The notes under the pieces are model-generated. The model was not told the DNA's origin, made no database searches, and worked only from the letters and a program-made list of their open reading frames with translations. A stretch of DNA of 63,990 nt, counting the filler, from Dirinaria sp. TL-2023a (lineage: Eukaryota), in the NCBI GenBank assembly GCA_051941275.1. It is 5 parts of 5 records of this genome, joined end to end, with 100 filler letters (N's around TTAATTAATTAA, not from the genome) between each part and the next. Parts side by side here need not be neighbours in the genome. Positions count along the whole stretch, not along the records: positions 39,574 to 52,617 come from JAVEBF010000717.1; 4 more parts are not named here. One strand, given 5' to 3'. Shown here piece by piece: positions 39,574 to 48,427 of this stretch. Within the stretch, counting starts at the first letter, position 1. Each line of letters opens with the position of its first letter. Made by a program: the position numbers and the translations under genes.

Positions 39574-40810
39574 GCTACGACGGAAATTGAATCTGCCACG
39601 TCGTCGGCGCCGTTTGGAATGCCTTGATAAAAATTCCCGGTTGAGTTATCTGCAGGCTTCATAGTATTGTCGGTGGAGCTGCAGGCAGCAGCCTTAAGGG
39701 TGGGGCGATACCAATAAATGATACGATCGTTCTTGATTTGGCCAGCCAATGACTTAGAGCCAGCCTTATAGGCTGCAATAAACAGTTGGGCCATTTCGAG
39801 CCAACCATCATGGGGCCTGTTGCAACTCGTTAGACAGGATAGCGCAATTTGCGTGGCCCTCACATGTCATTGGTCCACTTCGAATTGCCATCGTCGTGAG
39901 ACGAAGATAAAGGTCCTATATAGTGGGACTCGCCGTAATCATTCCAAGTAATGAGTTCAACGTACTGCGGTGCGTGTTGCAGGATGTGCGTCCAGCGGTT
40001 GTACCAGAGAAGATCCGAAGGAAATACGAAATTCTTACTATAGCTTACTTCCGATCCATAATGGGTCGAGAACCAAGCAGATGCGGGAGCTATGTACGAT
40101 TTGCCATTCAGCGCGCCAGTGTAAGCGCTATCACCTTCTGCAACAGAGACATTAGTTTTAGCTGTCGGAGCCTTGTTGTTTCCATTGTTAGGCCAGGCGA
40201 TCCAGTTCAATCCTCCGTCAACGGCCCCAAGGTTGGAGCATCGGAAGTTCGGGGCCATAAACAGTGGCATTCCGACAGCGGATCGCACAGCACTAACATC
40301 CAATCCATCGCCCCGAATGAGGAGAGAAGAACTTGATCGCTATTGGCGCCAACCTTCAATTGTGCAGGCTGAGTTCCGTACTGTTTGACCTTGGCCCCAA
40401 CCTCCAAAGCCTGCGATGTATTCCACCAATTGAAGTCGAAGAATATAAAAACCTTCATCCCATTCTTCTCCGCAGATTCATATGCGTATTTGAGTTGTTG
40501 GTCGGTAAATTCATTGGTACCGATATTCAACGCGAACGCATCTATCCCAGCTAAACTTGCTCTAATCATGTCATCATCGTATTCAGTGGCGCTCGTTCGG
40601 GTTGATATTACGTCAATCTAGAATCGAATAAATCAATCATGAGCTTTTGGATCAAGTGATCGATAGTTGTATCATGAAGTGGCAGAAGACCATCCTGGCA
40701 GAGGACTGCCTTCGCTGCACGGGAACATGTTCCTGTGGCGGAGCGGCATGTGCAAGAAATAGCAGCGAAAAGATGAAAGAAAGGTAATCAAGTAGAACTC
40801 TTAAATTCAT
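39574..40810 (-). pseudogene. GH71 alpha-1,3-glucanase (mutanase), disrupted; 3' part cut by the contig edge
   Basis: Signal peptide, VFCHFM, GIDAFALNIG, FDFNWW, PASAWFSTHYG.EVSYSKN, ITWNDYGESHYIGP, MPHDGW, YWYRP. 1-nt frameshift in the G4 run (plus 40311-40314); first intron begins AT instead of GT (40672-40671). Confidence 0.85.
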
Positions 40811-42044
40811 GGATGACCAGGTAGTAGCAGCCCTTCTATTTTGGGCGAATGGTGCAGAGAATGCTGCAGATTCTTATGACGAAAGTATATCCTGAAAAGT
40901 ATTGCTGAGAAGAACCGTAACAATGAAGCTGCGGCGACAGCAGTAAGGCACAGATATACGTAACAAGGGCGACGCAAGACAACATTCAAAGATGTAGCCA
41001 GCACCAGCTCACTGGACATAGTCTGGCACAGGCATATTGTCAAAGACTGTGGTGTGCCACTCTTCGTAAGCAGAAGCACTCCATTTAATTTGCCTCAAGC
41101 GTCTGATGTAGGTCCCCGAGCTCTTTAAGGATGCAGCGAGGATTTGGATGAAACATCCAAAACTAAGAATTACTTGAAAGCAGCTTAGCGTCTATCGCAG
41201 CTGTTAAGCTACGAGTTTAGCCTGTAGCTGGTCGAGGGTCGCTAGGCACCAATGTTCGGCGAAAATACTTAGCACTTAGCTGTCGCACCTTTGCATTCAT
41301 CATATGCAAGTCTAGACAATAATTAGGCGATTGCAAGTATTTGACTCTCAATCTCAAGCTAAGGTTGTCCTGTTGCTGACGGACTGCCTAGGCAGATCGC
41401 TGCAGCGAGTTGACTTCTAGATGCTCACATTTAATGATGAACCTGAGACAAGACCTGAACCCTTCATACGCAACTCCAACCAACGCTTTAGTTCAGGTGA
41501 GGCTATGACATTTACTACACATTACCAACACAGTAATAATAGTAACGTCATCTTTACGATACTCTTCGAGTCTAATGTTTTCTCTGCTGTCAGTCGTTGA
41601 TCAGTCATCAGAATTACTCATTGAGTAAGGGCAGGATCGCCGCCAAATCGAACACTGGTTGCATACTAAGAGCAAGTATGGTCGGAACCTAAAAACTTAT
41701 GACGAAAATCTCAGAACACGCTGTTCGTCGACAGCCCAGCACTCTACTACCGAGTCACGACGAAGTGAGGCTCAAGAGCCGCCTAGTTGCCGACGAGATA
41801 GTCGTTTCTGTTGAACAGCCGAGTCTGTCAAAAACAGACATGGTAAAACTGAAACGACAGAAGAAGGCATCAGCGGCCAATTCTCGTATGAAATGAGCTC
41901 AGCTTCCAGCGAGTAAAAGATACAGGAAGAAGATGCACTCCGATTGTCAAATTCAAAATTGATTTCTTGATTCACCCCTATTGCAATCGAAAAATATTCA
42001 GAACACGTGATCATACATGATGAGTAATGCTCGACAGTTGCTAC

Positions 42045-42122
42045 CGTGCTTTGATTGGCTTCGCTGCAAACGCTCTGAAAAGGCTTCGGAAGGAGAATCA
42101 CGCTAGTCAGCCAAAAATCCCA
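42045..42122 (+). pseudogene. Degenerate coding relic A, homologous to relic B
   Basis: Translates RALIGFAANALKRLRKENHASQPKIP, 16/26 identical without gaps to 52298-52375; in-frame stops nearby. Confidence 0.55.
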
Positions 42123-42625
42123 TATCAAATATATATGATGATAAGCATATGCCGTATGCAGGCTAATGCGAGGACCACGTGGGCTCCTGGATGAGGCTAA
42201 CCACAATCGAGAAAAAAAATAGAATTCTACTTTCTGCCGAGGTGCCCGCAATTCGCGGTAAAATACGGAGTAGTTCCCGTATGAAAGCCCAGGCCATGCA
42301 CACACATTCCTAGTTGCGCTTTGCCGGCCAACCGATATCGATTGGGCTGCCAAGGCTTTTAAGCCAGCCTCAGACACCTCGAGAAGAGCCTCATATGTGT
42401 CCACAACTCTATTCTGTCTGACTGTGCAGCGTGATTTTTTGAAAGCGGTTCACACGCCTTTGAAGCTGAGCCAGTTAGAAGGCACAAGGGAGAATATGAA
42501 GCATCGGTCATCATTCACATTATGTCAGTTCTTTGCTCGGCGTCATTTTTTGTCCTGAAGAGACTCTCAATCGGCTACTGAGATGAGCGCTTTCAGAAGG
42601 CAATATTGAAGCTACAACTTCCCTT

Positions 42626-45600
42626 TCACAGAGAAAAAGGAAGAGCTGGAGCCTGGCTAACTCGTTCCCGCCAATTCCTAAGTCCTTTCAATAAGGTACG
42701 AGAATTGGATTTCACACCCTCCTCTGCATTTTGGTACCTTTTCGTACCCTTAGGCTCGGACTGAAGGATTTCGTACAAGGCTTCAACCTCATCCTGACAG
42801 TGCACTTTCTTATGATCTTCGAGGTGTGGGAGTCGGCGCACATGTCTAGGCCTAATCCACGATGCAGGGAAGCCGTCAAGGCCATCTTGACTATCTTCAG
42901 GTGTGAAAGGTGCAGACATAGGTAGCAGGTGGTCGAATGAGACGTTGGGAAGTAGTCGGATTTCCTCCTGGTCATCGTTTGAACTCGATTGGGCGTTCTC
43001 CCAATCAGACTCCGGGTGCTCAAATGCCGATTCAGCTGTTGCATTACCTCTAGGCGCTCTACGTATTGGAGGATACTGGGTGACCTTGTTCTCGATTTGC
43101 GGCACTTCTCGAATGACTGGCCTTGGCCCAACTTTTCGGCGCTTTCCAGGCCGCTCAGACGCGGATCTTACTGCACGTACTTTGTCATTGTAAAATGGTC
43201 GCTTGCCACTGGCATCCTGGTAATTGGGATTGGGTTCTTCCAACTGCTCTACCCATCTTAGCAGAGTTTGGTCTGGAGTCGTAGGAGGGAAATGGGCGTC
43301 TCGCAGGTGCTTGAACGCGTTGTGCTTCGAGGCATATCTTTTCCCGGCTGAACACTGCTTGCAGTGAGAAATGAATGACTCGGTCAAGGATTGGTCGACA
43401 CATCTCCATACTTGGCGATCCGACATATGAAAGCGGGCGTTATGTTTCTTGGCTGCGTATTCATCGGAACAATCCAAGCTACAGACGGTGCATTTAGCCC
43501 TCACTCGAGGCCGCCTCGCAGCCTTTTTAGGGGCTTCCGAAGGTTGAAGGTTGTTATCAAAATGGTCAACATGATCGGTGTCACCTTGAATCCTAGGAAG
43601 CGCCCCTACGCTACTGGGTTCTGCAGGGGCTGCATGTTGCGGAGGTGCCGCATAAATGGTTGACCAGTCTGCGGTCTTCGAGCCTGGAGCTCCGCTGTTG
43701 CCATTTAGGCCCAAAGGTGGAGTAAGCGGCAATGAAGTATAGTTGGATTGATCTTGTCCCGGTGTTTGTACTGGATCTGGTGTTTTCGTTGAATTGATGT
43801 CCACAGTAGGACGAGTAACGTCCGCGACGTTTGAGTCATGATTTAGGCTCGTATTTCCTTGGTCTAGGCGATGCTCCGGCTTGGAATTCAAATGGTGCGT
43901 CAAATGCCGATTAATTTCGTCCAACGTCTTCGTTTTGAGGCAGTCTGCGATTCTCACTAAGTCACGTCCATAGCGATCAAGTAACTTTGGCAGTTCTTTA
44001 TTTTCGGCATCAGACCAGTACGGCTTCCGTCTGTCTTGAAGAACAAGTTGTCCGTCGCTATGCTCGCTACCTATCGCAAATAGGTTCGATCCTTCGTCAG
44101 CGCTTTGATCCAGAGGTTCAGTAGTTAATGTACTAGCAGCTGATTTGCCTGAAGAATTGGTTGATGTGGCGAAAGCTGGAAATCCAGAGGTAACCTGTTC
44201 AAGTTCCGTGTCGCAGATTGACTGTATATCATTCTGTAAATTTAAGCTAGTCGCAGTAGTAGAGCTCTGCAGTTGTTCATACAAATCTCCTTTGAAATCA
44301 TTTAGGCTGTCGTAGCGTTGCTCATCAATGTTTTCCCTTATATTATCCATACACACGAGCAATGACTGAAAGCCATCCACGTCCTTGTATTGTCTCTCTC
44401 CCTGGCTATCAGAGGAGCTGCCCGCGACAGCCAGCTCGCTACCAATACCAGCTGCCGAACCGTCCAACAGGTTTCGTTTCACATGATCGACAATCTGATG
44501 AAAGGTCTGTTGGGCTGCTTTGCGGCCTTGTTTTGACCATGACTTAGCCATCCTTGAAGATCGTGAGCCTGGGATAGGGTTGTGACCCTCTGATACAGAC
44601 AGATTCCCCAAGCTCCCACTGAGGCTTTCGGGGACTTCAAAGTCTACTGCAGACATGTGGTATCGCTCCGTATGCTTTTTCAGGGCCTCCTTCGACCTGA
44701 AACCTCTTGCAGCAAAGTCACACTGAAGGCAGAAGAACGATCTAACATGGGAGACCTCATGATTATCCCTCTCTTGCAACAATTTGAATGTCTGGGAGCA
44801 ATAGTGAGCTCTGCATGGGAAAGAGAAGCGGGCGATGAAAGCTCTATGGTCGCACTCATCAATGTGGGGTGGTAGTGCGGAGCTATTCATCTTCAGAAGC
44901 CGCTCGGTATATTCACGTAAGTGATGCTCAATCAAGCTCAGATAAGTCTCATCCTGTCGAAGCTGCCACTCTCCTTGGGCCTTTGGACTTTCAAAATCAC
45001 TTCCGCTCTGGGCGAGCTTAGATTTGAATTGCAGCCAAGCAGAGACAAGACTGAACACAGCTGGCCATTGCCGGAGCTTTTCCAGACTTTTTGGTCCTTT
45101 CCCTAATATCGAAAGCGTAATGGAACTGTCAGAGTGACTATTGTAGGCCTTGAGTACTCCGAGAAATCTCTGTAAGGTTCCAATTAATTCTCGACTTCTC
45201 TCGTCCTCAGTGGCTGCGGCTTGAAAATAAGCTACCACGTGTTCGGCCCAAAATTGATGTCCATATGACTGTAGGCCAAAACTTCCCATACTCACAAGCC
45301 GCTCCAGTTCGGCCTCGGTAATAGCACCATCATGGGATGGTACAAATTTCAAGGCTGAGGTTAAGTTGGCAACACAAGAAAAGGCGATGTCGAAATGAGC
45401 TTGTGCTACATCTACAAAAGGTCCGCTCTGCGAATGAAGAAGGTATTCTCTTGCCGAGAAGTGCACAGCCTCGACAAATCCGTTCTTGGTTTTCTCAAGC
45501 AAAGGTGCGCATAGATCTACAATATTCCTGTCCTTGTTCTGGATTCTGGTCTTCTTGTTGAGCTCGATTTGTCCACGCCGTAGTTGAAGACCGTCGGCAA

Positions 45601-47479
45601 TCTCATCGATATTCACGGACCGATAAGCCACACACACCCAGTACAAAACTCTGAAAGCTCGGTCCTTCGCAAGGGGGCTCAAAGTGCGCAATCGATCAAG
45701 GATACGACAGTACGCTTCGCCTAGGCCGTTTGGCAAATTTTCCAAGCTTGACTCGAATTCGGCCTCCGAGGAGCAATCTTCTAACTCAGTCTTGACAAGT
45801 CGGACCCAGAGAAACATACCATCTGCCTTCCCCTGGAGTATACTGGTGGCTCGTTCCCACGTTGTAGTTGGAAAATTTAGAAAATGAGATTGAAGGTCCG
45901 CGATCATGGAAAAAATGTACTTATTGAGACCCTCTGTTGATTGTCCTTTGATTGGGATATGTGTTGAGTGCGTAAGTTCTTTTTGAATATGGGGTTCGTG
46001 TCTGCTGGAGACAAGAAGCTTGCAGTCACTGCTTATAGTCTTTTGGAGGTCTACGAGCGCTTTGAGAACGTCGCTCTGAGGAGTTCGGTCCCACTCATCG
46101 ATGCCGTCGAGAACTATTCGTGTCATTTTGGCTGTTTGCATGATCTCCTTGAGTATCTTCTTTGTATTTGGCGATGAACGCCCAGACCCTTTCTGGAGAA
46201 AAGCTTGATGAATAAGTGGAGCTAAATCGCAGTTCTGCCTCAGAAGTTGGACTGCGAGAGTACGTAACAAGAAAGCCAAAGCGTTTCGGTCCGATAATCT
46301 CTGGCCACAAAAGTAATAAAGCACAGACAGATCTTCACGAGTTCTTGCATTGTCCACAATCATTGAACAGAGAAAGCTCTTTCCTCCCCCGGGTATATTA
46401 GTCATCCAAAGGATGGGCATTTTATCGTCATGGTCCATCCAGGAAATCATTTGGCTTTCAGCGAGGATCCAGTCACAAGTGCCCGGATTTCGGTGATCTG
46501 AAAGTTGATGAAGATATCCTTCTTGGACATCCTCATCCGCAGACAGCCAATCAAACACTTCACGTGTAAGCTGAGCGTTCCTGTTCCTCTCGTAGCTTTC
46601 TTCCTCAAGCTGTCTCTTTTCCCGCTGTCGCTTCATTTCGAGGAAATGTGTGGCTGCAGCTTCTCTATCAACAAGATCGCAGTGCGAAGTCAGTCGTTGA
46701 AGTATCGATTTAAATCGTCGCTCGAAGAGACCCCAGTCAAAAGCGAACCAAACATGCCAGCCTTTACGGCGGAAGATTCGGTACGCGCGTTGGTTGAAGT
46801 CTAAGATGTCACTATATATTAGTCCGAGCACTTGGTGAAAGTCCGGGCTCTCATCAAATGCGGCCTTGAGCTTATCCAGCCGGGGCAACACGTCCGCAAT
46901 ATCACTATATGCTGGGAGTGGGCCAAGTCAGCAAGTGATAGACATGGCGCCGTAGCCTCGTGCTCAGAAGCCAATTCCCTTATTTAACTACATTTTCACG
47001 TCTCCAAAAACAAGTGATCAGCGCCTTCCGTGGTAGATGACTTGCCTTGGAGAATTTTATCCATGACGTTCGAATATTGTCTAGCTAACTGTAGGGTTCG
47101 CCGTTAGTGGCACTGTCGGCGTACACTTAATGGTGGAGAGCGAAAATTACAAGCAGCACCAATTTTATGGGACCCTGTGATGTTTTAGTGGGTAAAGCAC
47201 AACAAATTTAACAGCATTTACCCAAACGAATGCCATAGGCGAAAACCCCTGACAAAAGACTTCGATCACCGGAGCATAGCTTTCCATCGATCGCAGAAAG
47301 GACTCGATACGACGCATGAAACGAAGGTCTCTTCGCTGGCCCTGTTCGAATTCGATCGTCCGGGCCTCGGCCCATAGCTCTTCAAGAGTTGTGTCCAAGA
47401 AGAAGCGACGATCGTCATCATTGAGCGTAGACTGTAATTGATTGATTGCTTTCCCCACTATCCCACGTCCAGTCGCCAT
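42626..47479 (-). CDS. NACHT (NLR-like STAND NTPase) with N-terminal helical domain (DUF7708-like), winged helix and multi-domain C-terminus
   Basis: Exons 47479-47222, 47174-47151 (GPIKLVLL), 47088-47046, 46911-42626. PGTCDWIL, Walker A NIPGGGKS, VLYYFC, Walker B RIVLDGIDE, LLVSSR, KADGMFLWVRLV, LPNGLGEAYCRIL, VHFSAREYL; then C2H2 fingers, SANT-like and other modules. Confidence 0.9.
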
Positions 47480-47831
47480 AATTGCTGTTGACAGTTGACC
47501 GATGATAGATAGCAACCCAGTTTAGAATACCTTTTGGGCACATGCTGGTTCACTTTGCTGAATGAGAGGTACAACCGCTTATTCTCACGCTTGATATGCG
47601 ATAATCTAGTGCAGCCGAACAACCGATCTCCCAGGACCGCGACATGTACGCGAGATGATAGATAAAGGAAAGTAGAACCTTACCCGTCCTTGGTTCTCAC
47701 TAGGTATATATACAAGTTGGAGGGAATAGCCTGCACACCAAGGTATTATTATTGGGGGTGAGCCTGGGCAGAACGATATCCGAAGTCGGGCCGAGAGGCT
47801 GATTCGATTCTTCACTGCTACGGTTGACTAC

Positions 47832-47853
47832 TACGGAGTACTAGTACTCCGTA
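47832..47853. promoter_or_regulatory. Perfect 22-bp palindrome in the shared upstream region of the NACHT and SNF2 genes
   Basis: TACGGAGTACTAGTACTCCGTA equals its own reverse complement; contains CGG-N12-CCG. Regulatory role is inferred only. Confidence 0.4.
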
Positions 47854-48427
47854 CTACTGTATGGACGACCAGGCCTGACTGCGCCTCCGTCAAGCTGCAT
47901 AAGCTGCATAACATAACATACCTTATGCATGAGGTCGCTTCGTGCTTCCGAGAATGAGAGGATTTTTACCCAATCATTGACCAACCCCTGATATAATACT
48001 TGAAGTACGGAGCTACGCCGTAGATGAGGAGCAGGTGGTTACCTAAGCCGTGCATTATCACCATACAAATGGGGCGTATCCCACTCCAAATACAGTATCT
48101 ATTTGCGTTGGCCGCAGTCCCGACCATTCGAAAGCTTTTCGGTATGTCGAGCTCGGTGATCAGCCTGATGCAAACAAGCACTGCCATTTTCTCATGCAGT
48201 ATTGTTTCCGACTATTGAAGGCTGAGCCTAGCCATGGCGAACTGCTTTGCACGAGCCATGGCGAGGCAGTCGGAGAAGGAGCAGCGTCAGCAACGAAACA
48301 ATCAGCCACCGCCCATTCCAGCATGCCATTCTGTTAGAAGAGTCAGTCTCTAGCGTAGTGCCAGATCGTGCATGTTGTTGTTGCTCCATCGTTCTCAACC
48401 TTTTGCTCTCGCTTTGCTGCACAATTG

